Shown here: positions 26,879 through 36,973 of the stretch, piece after piece
Layout of the letters: every line of letters begins with the position of its first letter
How positions within the stretch are numbered: the stretch's first letter is position 1
NCBI GenBank assembly: GCA_041675085.1
Contig: JBAYUN010000004.1
Location: forward strand, 2,032-66,031
DNA length: 64,000 nt
Origin: Minisyncoccota bacterium
Lineage (GTDB): Bacteria; Patescibacteriota; Minisyncoccia; Phycocordibacterales; UBA9973
Direction: 5' to 3'
The notes under the pieces: model-generated
Databases searched by the model: none
The model's input: only the letters and a program-made list of their open reading frames with translations
Told to the model about the DNA's origin: nothing
Made by a program: the position numbers and the translations under genes

Positions 26879-27379
26879 TTACGCAGACACCATCTTCTCT
26901 ATCTCTTCATCGATTTCTTTTTCATCGATTGGAGCGACTTCTTCTTCACCTTCTTTTTTAGCGGTGAAAGTTTTTCTCTTGATACCACCTTCTTTAGTAG
27001 GAAATCTCTTTTGAGCAAGAGTATTTTCACGAACGGTCTTAAGTATCAAAAATCTAATAATGTTTGGATCTAGGTCTAGTTTCTTCTTTAATTCTAAGAT
27101 ACCGACTGAATCCATCTCAAACTTAACCCAACCGAAGTAAGCATCATCAAACTTACTACGCACGTTTTGCACCACCTTTAGCATTGTGTAGGCTAATGGT
27201 ATCATCTTTGGCATCTCTTCAGAGATGAATTCACCTTTCAAACTTGAAACAAGCTCTTTAAGGTTACCAACGATGGTAGGCACTTCTTCTTCAGACAAAG
27301 TTGGCGCCAAAAGGTAGCCCACTTCGTAGATTTTTGTGTTTAATTCGACTTCTTCTAAATTTTTTTCCTTTTCCTTCAT
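26879..27379 (-). CDS. rpsF: 30S ribosomal protein S6
   Basis: YEVGYLL, LAY, IIRFLILK; rpsF-ssb-rpsR order. Confidence 0.93.
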   Translation of the reverse strand: MKEKEKNLEEVELNTKIYEVGYLLAPTLSEEEVPTIVGNLKELVSSLKGEFISEEMPKMIPLAYTMLKVVQNVRSKFDDAYFGWVKFEMDSVGILELKKKLDLDPNIIRFLILKTVRENTLAQKRFPTKEGGIKRKTFTAKKEGEEEVAPIDEKEIDEEIEKMVSA

Positions 27380-27531
27380 ATCGCTATATATTAGCAGAAA
27401 GAGTCGGATATGTAAAGAGAGCTAAATATGAGGTAAAAATGATGTAAACAATAAAAATCTAAGATTTATATTTAAATAATAACAGTTGGTTTTTTGATAT
27501 TAACCATAAAAATGATAATATCATTAATATA

Positions 27532-28089
27532 ATGCATAAAAAAATAATTTTATTTGATTTTTTTGGAGTATTGTCTGGGTCAATTTATACGAACATTATT
27601 GAAAAATTCTTACCAACAGAAGATTATAATCTTTGGCTAGAAAAGCTAAATGAGCACGACAAGGGATATTTTTCTGAAATTGATTTTGTGAAGATGATTT
27701 CTAGAGATTCTGGAATTACAGAGAAAGAAATTTGGGTAGAAGTTACTAAACAATTTAATTTAAATATTGAATTGTTATTATTCATCAAAAACATTAAAAA
27801 TAAACACGGAATAGGATTACTTACCAATGCTACAAAAAGTTTAATTGAAAGAGTTTTAGGATCTTATATTGATATCTTTGATAGAAAATTTATTTCCTCG
27901 GAAATTGGACTATTAAAACCAGATCCAAACATTTTCAAATATGTTTTATCAAAAATTGACACGAATCATTATGAAATAATTTTTATTGATGACAATCCCA
28001 TAAATATAGAAGTAGCTAAGAGTTTTGGAATTAAAGGAATACTATACAAAAATAATAAATCTTTATTTTCAAAGATAAATAAATTTTAA
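27532..28089 (+). CDS. HAD family phosphatase
   Basis: ILFDFFGVL, LLTN, KPDPNIF, FIDDNPIN (motif I is DxxG). Confidence 0.88.
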   Translation: MHKKIILFDFFGVLSGSIYTNIIEKFLPTEDYNLWLEKLNEHDKGYFSEIDFVKMISRDSGITEKEIWVEVTKQFNLNIELLLFIKNIKNKHGIGLLTNATKSLIERVLGSYIDIFDRKFISSEIGLLKPDPNIFKYVLSKIDTNHYEIIFIDDNPINIEVAKSFGIKGILYKNNKSLFSKINKF

Positions 28090-28091
28090 AA

Positions 28092-29456
28092 TCATCTTTG
28101 TGTTTTATACTTTCTGGGGCGTTCTTGGGTAATCAAATATCTTATTATAGCTATCCATGGACCAAAGGAATCAGTAAAAACTAAGAATATTGTTGAGTAA
28201 GAAACTTTAAACATGGATAGACTTTTTAATTTATTAGCATAAACTCCAAGTTTCTGTTTTTCCAAAATGCTTGGTAAATTTTTTAGCAAATAAAGTACTG
28301 GTAAAACCTGAAAAATAAAAAGCCCCACAACCCCAAGCACTATAACTATTATATTTTGATAAAAAAACCCAAAAATTATCGGGAAAAGATATAAAAATGA
28401 AGACACGAGCCAATACGAACCTCTTCCAATGCCTACAATCAAAAGTTTTAATTTTCGAGTCATTGATACATCTTGAACTTTTTTATCAAAAAAACACGAA
28501 AAATATTCAAGATAATTCCAAAACCAAACATTTCTTTGTTTGATATAGGAAGTAAAATCAAAAGGCACGTCTGCTACTTCTAAAACATCCAAATTTATAA
28601 TTGGAACTTTTTTAGCTGACAAAAAATATCCCAAAGTAAGGTCTTCTGTTAGTAAATTTTCTGGATAACCACCATTATTCAATAAAGTAGAGAATTTCAT
28701 TGAGGAACCATGACCAACAGAATAACCGAGCTGACTATTAAACAGTTCTTTCATGAACGGGATTTTTTGCTCTGCAATACTAGAAGTACTTATTTCATAA
28801 TTTTTAAGAATACGATTTTCGTGACCCAAGCAAAACCAGGTTTGATACAAAGAAAGTGCATTTACAAAATTATTCTTACCTATATCTTTAATAAATACAC
28901 AGGGTTGTTGTATTGCAAAATTATCCTCAGCAGAATGCTTTTTTAAATATTCTGTAAAATAATTTAAGGTTAAACTAGAAGGACGCGAATCAGCATTATA
29001 CAAAATATACGCCTCTTCTTTGTTTTTTATATCTAAACCCACTATTTCGTTAACAGCAAAATTTAACTGGGTTGCCATGTTTGAATTTTTATTCTCTTCA
29101 TTGAGTAATTTAATTCGGTCAGTATTATTATCCCACAAACGATTTTCTATGTCTTTTTTTATAAAATTAAACGTAGAATGCTCACCAATTTCTCTACTAG
29201 ATGTAATAATCACAATAAAAACATAAGGAGTGTTGAAATTTTCTAAAAAATAAGAAATAGTTTCTCTGTAAATTTTCTGTTCATTTAAAAGTGGAAGTAA
29301 AATAAAGATTTTTCTGGAACCATTTTCTTTAGCAGAAAAGAAATTATCATCTTTATTTTTTAATTTCTTTAAAAAAGTAATTAAATGTATGAAGTCTGGA
29401 ATACCTCTAATAGCTTGTAAAAATAAACAAATAAATGCTAATATAAATATATTCAT
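28092..29456 (-). CDS. membrane glycosyltransferase family 2
   Basis: LLPLLNE, YNADS, GHG, LTEDL, KQRNVW (QxxxW) and TM segments; alternative start at 29474. Confidence 0.82.
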   Translation of the reverse strand: MNIFILAFICLFLQAIRGIPDFIHLITFLKKLKNKDDNFFSAKENGSRKIFILLPLLNEQKIYRETISYFLENFNTPYVFIVIITSSREIGEHSTFNFIKKDIENRLWDNNTDRIKLLNEENKNSNMATQLNFAVNEIVGLDIKNKEEAYILYNADSRPSSLTLNYFTEYLKKHSAEDNFAIQQPCVFIKDIGKNNFVNALSLYQTWFCLGHENRILKNYEISTSSIAEQKIPFMKELFNSQLGYSVGHGSSMKFSTLLNNGGYPENLLTEDLTLGYFLSAKKVPIINLDVLEVADVPFDFTSYIKQRNVWFWNYLEYFSCFFDKKVQDVSMTRKLKLLIVGIGRGSYWLVSSFLYLFPIIFGFFYQNIIVIVLGVVGLFIFQVLPVLYLLKNLPSILEKQKLGVYANKLKSLSMFKVSYSTIFLVFTDSFGPWIAIIRYLITQERPRKYKTQR

Positions 29457-30443
29457 ATGAAATACAATAATCATATCATTTTAGAAGGACTTTGGGGAGT
29501 AGGAAAAACTAGAGTACTAAAAGAATTAGCAAAAAGTGGTTTTACTATTATTAAAGAACCAATCTATTATAATAAATACAAAAATAATGATAAAGATCGT
29601 TCTTTATGGTATGCAAAAAAGCACAAAGACAGAGAAAAATTAATTTTAAGTGAACTAAACCCTATCGCACTAGAAAGATCAGAGCTTTCCAATTTTGCTT
29701 ATCAATACGCAACAAAAAATAAACTACCAAGCAAGAAAGATTTATCTTTCTTGTCAAAAGTTGTAAGTTTAAAAAAAGTTTTATTAGTATATCTTTCTAT
29801 TAATAAAAACAACTCAATCATTAAAACAAATGACTTAATGCATGGAAAAGAAATAAAAAAAATAACTGAAAACAAAAAACGAATTAACTTATACGAACAT
29901 TGGTATAAATCAATATTACCTGAAAAATTTAATTTAACGTTATTGGAAATAGACCTAATTAACAGTGCGAGGAAAACACCCAATACCATATCAAACGAAA
30001 TACTGAAATGTTTAAAAAGCAATAGAGTTGCTCAAGTAAACATAGTAGTTTGTAGATATAATAATTCAAATGAATTAGAAGTTTTAGTATTGAAAAGAGC
30101 AAAAGACAGAGGTGATTTTTGGCAAACTATCACAGGAGGAATCCACATCGGAGAAAGTTTTTTACATGCTGGGAAAAGAGAACTTAAAGAAGAACTTTCT
30201 ATTGAAGTTAACAAAGTTTCATATGCAGATTTTTCATACTCCTTTACAGGCAATGAAGGCTATAAATTGAATGAATACGCTTGTTTTGTTTTATTAAATT
30301 ATAAAAAATCATTAAATATAAAAATAAGTGATGAGCACGTAGAATACAAATGGCTAGATCCAAAAAGTGCTATGAGTCTTTTAAAATTTAAAGAGAACAA
30401 AAGTGCCATAAAACATTCAATCAAAAAAATAGCACCCCGTTAA
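29457..30443 (+). CDS. nucleoside/nucleotide kinase-like P-loop fused to NUDIX hydrolase
   Basis: ILEGLWGVGKT, IKEP, LERS; C-terminal FWQTITGG...E...AGKRELKEE, SDEH (NudB-like). Confidence 0.82.
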   Translation: MKYNNHIILEGLWGVGKTRVLKELAKSGFTIIKEPIYYNKYKNNDKDRSLWYAKKHKDREKLILSELNPIALERSELSNFAYQYATKNKLPSKKDLSFLSKVVSLKKVLLVYLSINKNNSIIKTNDLMHGKEIKKITENKKRINLYEHWYKSILPEKFNLTLLEIDLINSARKTPNTISNEILKCLKSNRVAQVNIVVCRYNNSNELEVLVLKRAKDRGDFWQTITGGIHIGESFLHAGKRELKEELSIEVNKVSYADFSYSFTGNEGYKLNEYACFVLLNYKKSLNIKISDEHVEYKWLDPKSAMSLLKFKENKSAIKHSIKKIAPR

Positions 30444-31048
30444 TAACAGGGTGCTTGTATTATAGCCTCAACTTCTTTTTTGATAAGATCATGTATCTCA
30501 TCAACAGAACAAGTGGCATCTAAAATATGCCACCCTCTATCATTAGCAATTTGCAAATAAGTAGATTGAATTAATTCAAAATAATCATCAGACCTGTTTT
30601 CAAATCTCTCAAAATGCCCTCGCAGCCTCCTTCTTTCACGTGCTATTCCAGGAGAAAGTTTTAAAACAAATCCTAAATCTGGAATCAATTGATTGAAAGC
30701 TAACTGATTGAGCTTAATGCGCAAATTTTCATCATTAGATAATTCACCGAAATTTGAGTGATAAGCTAGATAACTTTCATCCCATCGATCAGCCAAAACT
30801 ATCTTGCCATTTTTTAAAGCGTGAATTGTATCTGAATGTTGCTGTGCATGTAAAGCTTGAAAAAGAAACATGATAGCCATATCATTCGTCCAATTATTCA
30901 TGTAACCACGCAAAATAATTTTTGCTTCGTGGTCATAAGCTTTAGTTATTTTAACTAAATGTTTGTTTCTGGTAAGCCAACCCGACAACATGTCAATCTG
31001 TGTCGATTTGCCACACCCATCAATTCCTGTAATTACAATAAGTTTCAT
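30440..31048 (-). CDS. tmk: thymidylate kinase family protein
   Basis: ITGIDGCGKSTQ, VLADRW.ESYLAY, PDLGFVL, RFE. Confidence 0.82.
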   Translation of the reverse strand: MKLIVITGIDGCGKSTQIDMLSGWLTRNKHLVKITKAYDHEAKIILRGYMNNWTNDMAIMFLFQALHAQQHSDTIHALKNGKIVLADRWDESYLAYHSNFGELSNDENLRIKLNQLAFNQLIPDLGFVLKLSPGIARERRRLRGHFERFENRSDDYFELIQSTYLQIANDRGWHILDATCSVDEIHDLIKKEVEAIIQAPCY

Positions 31049-31049
31049 T

Positions 31050-31505
31050 TTAACCTCCTTTTTTTAGATTTAGAAATTGGTTTGGTACGCACAATAATTT
31101 TTCTAAGTCATCCCATAATTGTTTTTTCAATCTTTCTGGGAAAAGTTCAAGAGACGATAATTCTGTTTTAAAGAACCATCGACTTTCTGCAACTATTCCT
31201 CCATTATCTAAATGAACTTTAGGTAAGACTGAACCATTTTTTGGATAAGCCAGCCAAAACATCTCAAGGTAAACCTCAGTCGAATTTGGTGAAAACTCCT
31301 GTAAATAGAGGAATCTATCCAAAGTTGCTTCTAAACCAGTTTCCTCTAAAATTTCTCTTGTGATACAATCAGATAGACTTTCTCCTGATTCTAATCCTCC
31401 TCCAGGAGGATACCAGAAATTTGCATTTTTATTTCTGACCAACAAAATACTTTCTTGTTGCTTGTCTAAAACAACTGCTCTACAAATAACACGCCTTTTT
31501 TTCAT
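31050..31505 (-). CDS. NUDIX hydrolase
   Basis: PGGGLESGESLSDCITREILEETGL Nudix box. Confidence 0.92.
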   Translation of the reverse strand: MKKRRVICRAVVLDKQQESILLVRNKNANFWYPPGGGLESGESLSDCITREILEETGLEATLDRFLYLQEFSPNSTEVYLEMFWLAYPKNGSVLPKVHLDNGGIVAESRWFFKTELSSLELFPERLKKQLWDDLEKLLCVPNQFLNLKKGG

Positions 31506-31610
31506 GACTTAATCTACTTTTTTGATTTATTAATGTACATTTTTAGAAATCCATAATGGAAATCTTTTCCATACACACTATATCATGAATTTTTGTTTTT
31601 GCAATACTCG

Positions 31611-32538
31611 CGTAATGGTTCAATAGCTTGGCACCACTCAAAGGAATACCATTGAGATATGCCATATACAACAAACAAAAATATGCCAAGAATTAGAAGA
31701 GAAGCTGCGGACTTAGTTCGTAGAGGTTGGAGTGCAAGAAAAGTAGGTAGAAGATTGGGGTTCCACCATACTGCAATCATGGAATGGGTAAGAAAATCTA
31801 AAATTATGGGATATGGGAATATACCAACAAAAAGTTCTCGTCCGTATTCACATCCTAAACAATTAAAGGAAGAAGTAATCATTAAAATCGTAAAGAAAAG
31901 ATTAGAGCATGGAAGGTGTGCTGAAGCTGTACATAAACAACTTCAAAACGATGGACTAAAAGTTTCTTTGTCTTCTGTAAAGAGAACTTTGGAAAGAAAA
32001 TATTTAATCAAGAAACGAAGTCCATGGAAACGATATCATCCACCTGTAGAACGTCCATATCCCCTTAAAAGTGGTGATTTAGTAGAGATTGATACTATTC
32101 ACAGAATGATAGACAAGAAGAAACGTTTGTATGTATTTGTATTGATAGATGTGTATTCTAGATGGATATATGCTAAAGCATATGAAAGAATGGGTGCAAA
32201 GGTTGGAGTGCGTTTTGTCAAAGAAGCACAGAGACATGCACAGTTTAATTTTAATATGTTACAAAGTGATCATGGACCAGAGTTTTCTAATTGGTTCGTA
32301 TCACGTATTGAAAAGAAACATAGATATACAAGAATTGGTAAACCTAATGACAATGCTCATATTGAAAGAGTTAACAGAACTATTCAAGAAGAATGTTTAG
32401 GTAAATTACCTAATGATGTTAAACAAATTAATTGCGAACTTAAAAAATATTTGCAATACTACAATTACAAAAGAGTACATGCAGGAATTAATTATTTAAC
32501 TCCTATGCAAGTGGTGTGAAGCTATTGGTTAGAATACG
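31611..32538 (+). mobile_element. complete IS481-like insertion sequence (928 bp)
   Basis: Imperfect terminal IRs (CGTA...CAATAGCTTGGCACCACT / AGTGGTGTGAAGCTATTG...TACG) and 6-bp direct repeat TACTCG at 31605-31610 and 32539-32544. Confidence 0.85.
31659..32519 (+). CDS. DDE transposase (rve integrase core) with N-terminal HTH
   Basis: VEIDT, IDVYSR, QSDHGPEF, NAHIERVNRTIQEE, YNYKRVH. Confidence 0.93.
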   Translation: MPYTTNKNMPRIRREAADLVRRGWSARKVGRRLGFHHTAIMEWVRKSKIMGYGNIPTKSSRPYSHPKQLKEEVIIKIVKKRLEHGRCAEAVHKQLQNDGLKVSLSSVKRTLERKYLIKKRSPWKRYHPPVERPYPLKSGDLVEIDTIHRMIDKKKRLYVFVLIDVYSRWIYAKAYERMGAKVGVRFVKEAQRHAQFNFNMLQSDHGPEFSNWFVSRIEKKHRYTRIGKPNDNAHIERVNRTIQEECLGKLPNDVKQINCELKKYLQYYNYKRVHAGINYLTPMQVV

Positions 32539-32546
32539 TACTCGAA

Positions 32547-34181
32547 TTATTTATTTGTTAAATCCAACTCTACAGAGAAAGTAGAACCAGCGCCTTCGCC
32601 TCCCGACTCCGCCCAGACACGGCCTCCATGAGCCTCTACTACGAGCTTTACAGAGAACAAACCATATCCAGTACTATCTACGTTTACCTTTACGGAATTC
32701 TTGCCTCTACCACCTTCGGTAAATAAATTCTTTTTATCTTCATCATTAATACCTACGCCGGTATCTTTAACAGTGAACAATAATTTATCATTATTTTTAG
32801 CTAGACCGACAGTAATGCTACCCTCTTTGGTATAACGGACTGCGTTTTCTATCAAATTATTTGTAACTTCTTTTAACCAAAAAGCGTCTCCTGAAATAGT
32901 AAAATCAACATCTTGAATTTCTAAATTCATCTTTAATCCTTTGGCCTCGGCTGGAGCACGACGAGATTCGGCACTATCTAGCACCATAGCTTTGAAGTCG
33001 AGTGGAGCCATCTCGTATTTCACTATTCCCTTTTCTAAGTTGAATGCATTTAATACAAGGTCTACAGTCTTAATACCTTCATTATCAGAGTCGAGTCCTT
33101 TTTTAGACATGTCTTTTAATTCGGCACTTAATTCACCAAATCCTCCACCCACCATCTCAGCAAAAATATATTTAGAGCGAGTAAAAGAAGCTTTGACTTT
33201 GTGAGTGATAAGGTGAACTAGAGATTCTCTCTGAGTGAGCAGTCCTTTTAATTCTTCATTTAGAATCTGGAGTTTTTCCCTTTGTTCTATTTCACGACGC
33301 ACCGAACTCACTAAAGCGCGACCTAGGAATAAAGTAAAGGTCAGCGTGAAAGCAACAACCAGCCTCACGTTTTCGATATTTCTAATAAAAGCGATAGATA
33401 GTACAAGAAAACCTAGAGAAAAAACTAGAGCTTGAGTACCGAGTAATTTGATATTGAAAGTCTTAAAACGCACTATCATGTACGCCAAGAAAGCTGCAAA
33501 AATAGGCATACCAATAAGCCCAGCTTGAGCTAAAACCCAATCCTCAGTAAAACTACCGATAAGATTACCCCAAGAAAAAGCCAAAAGAAACAAAACCATA
33601 CCAATACTAAATATACGTATTTCTTTTTTGCGAGCTATTTCTTTAGATTTAATAAATTCTAAAACTGAAAAAATAAATAAGCTCAAAATAATAACCAACT
33701 CCACAAAATAAGTATAGTATTGAGCTAGAGGACCTTCTATTGCTGTACAGTCATCCAGATTCACTCCTTGTAGATTTAATGAGGTGGTAAGAAATATAAT
33801 AATAGGAGCATATAAAGTAAGTAATAAAATTTTAAACTTAAAAGGTAAATCCCTTTCTTTAATAAATACATAAGACAAATAGAAAGCAAAAAGATAAACC
33901 AGAGGCTCTACCAGAACTTGGACAGACCAAGCAAACATAACGATGCGTGGATCGTTGGTAGCCCAGAGCACAAGGTCGATGAGAGACCAAATAGAAAACA
34001 TAATAGTCGTGATAAGTAGAGTGACGCCGACTTTGGATTTCTGAGTCTTGTAGTACACAATGAACCCTGCTAGTAATGCTACTATTAGTGCCGGAAAATG
34101 AGAGTAAAAGAATAACGTCGGTATGTTGCTAGAATAAATATAATAACTTGCTGATTCCCAAGGGCAAAATAATTGTTCCAT
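32547..34181 (-). CDS. membrane sensor histidine kinase
   Basis: Multi-TM N-terminus, LITHKVK H-box, NLIENAVRYT, DTGVGI, GYGL. Confidence 0.9.
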   Translation of the reverse strand: MEQLFCPWESASYYIYSSNIPTLFFYSHFPALIVALLAGFIVYYKTQKSKVGVTLLITTIMFSIWSLIDLVLWATNDPRIVMFAWSVQVLVEPLVYLFAFYLSYVFIKERDLPFKFKILLLTLYAPIIIFLTTSLNLQGVNLDDCTAIEGPLAQYYTYFVELVIILSLFIFSVLEFIKSKEIARKKEIRIFSIGMVLFLLAFSWGNLIGSFTEDWVLAQAGLIGMPIFAAFLAYMIVRFKTFNIKLLGTQALVFSLGFLVLSIAFIRNIENVRLVVAFTLTFTLFLGRALVSSVRREIEQREKLQILNEELKGLLTQRESLVHLITHKVKASFTRSKYIFAEMVGGGFGELSAELKDMSKKGLDSDNEGIKTVDLVLNAFNLEKGIVKYEMAPLDFKAMVLDSAESRRAPAEAKGLKMNLEIQDVDFTISGDAFWLKEVTNNLIENAVRYTKEGSITVGLAKNNDKLLFTVKDTGVGINDEDKKNLFTEGGRGKNSVKVNVDSTGYGLFSVKLVVEAHGGRVWAESGGEGAGSTFSVELDLTNK

Positions 34182-34203
34182 GTTTATATTTTACACTTTA
34201 ATT

Positions 34204-35136
34204 TTAATAAGTGGAAGTAGTATAAAGTAAATAACTGCCAATTAAAATAATAATAATAGAAATTAAACGATGTATTATATGACCTTTTGAAATCCTTTCC
34301 ATAACGTATTTAGGTAAAAATATAGTCATTAAGATAGCAAAAAGAAAAACAAAAAGAGGTTGATATGTACCAACAACCAGAACTAGCACAACAGGTGCAA
34401 GCAAGAAAGCATAACTTGTAGCCAACCCACCCAACATAAATAATATTTCACTAAAAATATTAATCGAAGCAAATTTAAAATTTAAACCCATAATCATATC
34501 TTTGAAAGCAATTTTAAATTTTTTAGAAAAAATAATTAACCCAAAACCAAACAAAAACAAACCTAAATATTGCCAAAAAACAACAACCCAAAATTCTTCA
34601 ACCAATGCAATCTTCTTAAAGATAACATCATTTAAAGCGTAGAAAAAGGAAGAACCTATGACTAAAAATAAAACTTTTTTCTTAAAAATAAAAGATTTAT
34701 CTATATCTATTTCTACAGACAAAATAAAAGCTCCTACAACTATTATAAAAGAATACAGAAGCTGATTAATTGTTAAAGATTCTCCTAAAACAAAATAACT
34801 TAACACATAAGTAATAATAGGTAGTAGTTGAAATAAAGGAATGACTATTGAGACTTCTTCTGTATCAACAGCCTTCAAATAAAAATAAAAAGCTATAGAA
34901 CTAAAAATTCCCAGTAAAATTAAAATAAAATAATATTGTATGGGTATGCTAAATATTTCATTACTATAAAAAAATAATATAAAAGGCAGAACAATTATTG
35001 AAGATAAACAAGAAAAAGCAAGTAAAGCTTCTACTCCCTTTTCTTTGAAATATCTAAACAACATATATTTATCTATATGATTCACGATAGCCCACAAAAT
35101 AGGTGCAACCAAAGACAATAAAAACCAGTTATTCAT
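34204..35136 (-). CDS. EamA/DMT family transporter
   Basis: About 10 TM helices, LWAIVNHIDK, VLGESL. Confidence 0.85.
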   Translation of the reverse strand: MNNWFLLSLVAPILWAIVNHIDKYMLFRYFKEKGVEALLAFSCLSSIIVLPFILFFYSNEIFSIPIQYYFILILLGIFSSIAFYFYLKAVDTEEVSIVIPLFQLLPIITYVLSYFVLGESLTINQLLYSFIIVVGAFILSVEIDIDKSFIFKKKVLFLVIGSSFFYALNDVIFKKIALVEEFWVVVFWQYLGLFLFGFGLIIFSKKFKIAFKDMIMGLNFKFASINIFSEILFMLGGLATSYAFLLAPVVLVLVVGTYQPLFVFLFAILMTIFLPKYVMERISKGHIIHRLISIIIILIGSYLLYTTSTY

Positions 35137-35140
35137 AAAA

Positions 35141-35257
35141 TTATTCTTGAAGAATTATAAAATCTTGATCAATAAAAGACCTTTGGTATGTAAAAAAAAC
35201 TGAGATTAAAATAGACAGAATAAGTAATACAACTAAAATCCACGACTTTTTATCCAT
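35141..35257 (-). CDS. 38-aa single-pass membrane protein (not in ORF track)
   Basis: MDKKSWILVVLLILSILISVFFTYQRSFIDQDFIILQE*; TG-T-TAGAAT 6 nt before ATG; stop 4 bp before the EamA start. Confidence 0.65.
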   Translation of the reverse strand: MDKKSWILVVLLILSILISVFFTYQRSFIDQDFIILQE

Positions 35258-35458
35258 ATACATATTCTAACATACCAATACAAACTCGCAAATACAAAAC
35301 ACAACAAGGAATTTTTATTTAGCGCATGTTAGCTTTTAGCAAATTCTATGAACATTAATGATTTAAAGAAAAATTGCAACATGTTTAATTAAAATACTGT
35401 AATCTAAAGTAATATTTTTAAAAATATGGAAATCAAGCAATAAATTTTACAATACTCA

Positions 35459-36898
35459 CTAGTCCATTCTAGGTATTAAAAAAGATTCTTCTTCACTATC
35501 TTGAACAACATATCCTTTTGTAAAAATTTCTTTTTTTAATTTATCAGCTTCTTCCCAATTTTTTACATTTTTTGCTAAAGACCTTCTATGTAAAATATCT
35601 TTCATTGCAGGGTCTTTATTAATTTCTTCGCTTTTTTCACAAAACTCTTTTATATTAAAACCAAAAATTTCGTCAGATTCCATCAAAGCATCGAGTCTGT
35701 CTTGCTCAGAAATTGATTCATCCTTAATAATTTTCCATAATTCGCCGAGTGCTGTAGGTATATCAAAATCATTTAAAATAAATGGGAAAATTCTTTCTTC
35801 AAAAATTCTCACACTACCCACCTGGTTATTTTTTTTTGCTTTTCTGCTCAAATCTACTGCCTTATTATATAAATTCAGTAATGAGTTCTGGGCTGACTCT
35901 AAAGATTTCCAAGTAAAATTTAATTGTTTTTTATAAGAAGTCTGACTAAAAAGATACCTAATGGACAGAACATAAATATTTCTTTTTTTAAGATCATCCA
36001 AGCAATAAGCATTACCTAAACTTTTACTCATTTTACCACCATCCACAAGAAGAAAAGCTCCATGCAACCAATATTTTACAAAATTTTTTTTCAGAGATGC
36101 TGCTTGGGCTTGAGCAATCTCATTTTGATGATGAACATCTTTCAAGTCCTCTCCGCCTATATGAAAATCAAATGTTTGACCCAAATACTTAATACTCATA
36201 GCAGAACATTCTATATGCCAACCAGGGAAACCTCTCCCCCAAGGACTATCCCATTCCATATGTCTACGATCTTCTGGTTTACTGAATTTCCACAAAGCGA
36301 AGTCTCTTAAATCTTTTTTATTTTTATTTACATCAATTCGACTTTGCGCAATATTTTGAGCAATTTTTTCTTTTTCAGTTAAAACATAGTACTCGAAACC
36401 ACTTTTTTCATACTTTTGTACATCAAAATACAGTCCATCGTTAGGAATAGAATACACAAAACCATTTTTGTCTATTTTTTCAATTAGATTTATTTGTTCT
36501 TTAATGTATTCTGTGGCTTTTGTAAATTTTTGTGGATTTTTTAAATTCAATAATCTACGTTCTTTTATAAACTTATCTGAATAATGCGTAGAAATATCCC
36601 AAGCTGACTTGGATAGTTTTTTTGCTTCTTTTTCTAGCCTATCTTCACCTTGATCTGCGTCACCTAAATTATCACCAGTAAGATGACCTACATCGGTTAT
36701 ATTAGTGATAAATTTTACTTCATTTTGAGGGTACCCCACAGTCAAAGTTCTGTAAACTATATCTGTCAAATAATAAGTCCTCCAATTACCGATAGTAATA
36801 TCATTATAAACAGTAGGGCCACACGAGTATAGACCTATTTCTTTTCTGCTTGGTGAATACAATTCATATTCTTTTTTAATATTTAAAATTTTTAACAT
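35459..36898 (-). CDS. cysS: cysteine--tRNA ligase (divergent)
   Basis: [42 protein letters not shown]; HIGH motif reads TIGN. Confidence 0.92.
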   Translation of the reverse strand: MLKILNIKKEYELYSPSRKEIGLYSCGPTVYNDITIGNWRTYYLTDIVYRTLTVGYPQNEVKFITNITDVGHLTGDNLGDADQGEDRLEKEAKKLSKSAWDISTHYSDKFIKERRLLNLKNPQKFTKATEYIKEQINLIEKIDKNGFVYSIPNDGLYFDVQKYEKSGFEYYVLTEKEKIAQNIAQSRIDVNKNKKDLRDFALWKFSKPEDRRHMEWDSPWGRGFPGWHIECSAMSIKYLGQTFDFHIGGEDLKDVHHQNEIAQAQAASLKKNFVKYWLHGAFLLVDGGKMSKSLGNAYCLDDLKKRNIYVLSIRYLFSQTSYKKQLNFTWKSLESAQNSLLNLYNKAVDLSRKAKKNNQVGSVRIFEERIFPFILNDFDIPTALGELWKIIKDESISEQDRLDALMESDEIFGFNIKEFCEKSEEINKDPAMKDILHRRSLAKNVKNWEEADKLKKEIFTKGYVVQDSEEESFLIPRMD

Positions 36899-36973
36899 AC
36901 AAATATATTTTAAAAATCGCTACTAGTACTAATCTAGCACCAGCAGCGATAATTTTACAAACACAATTTTACT

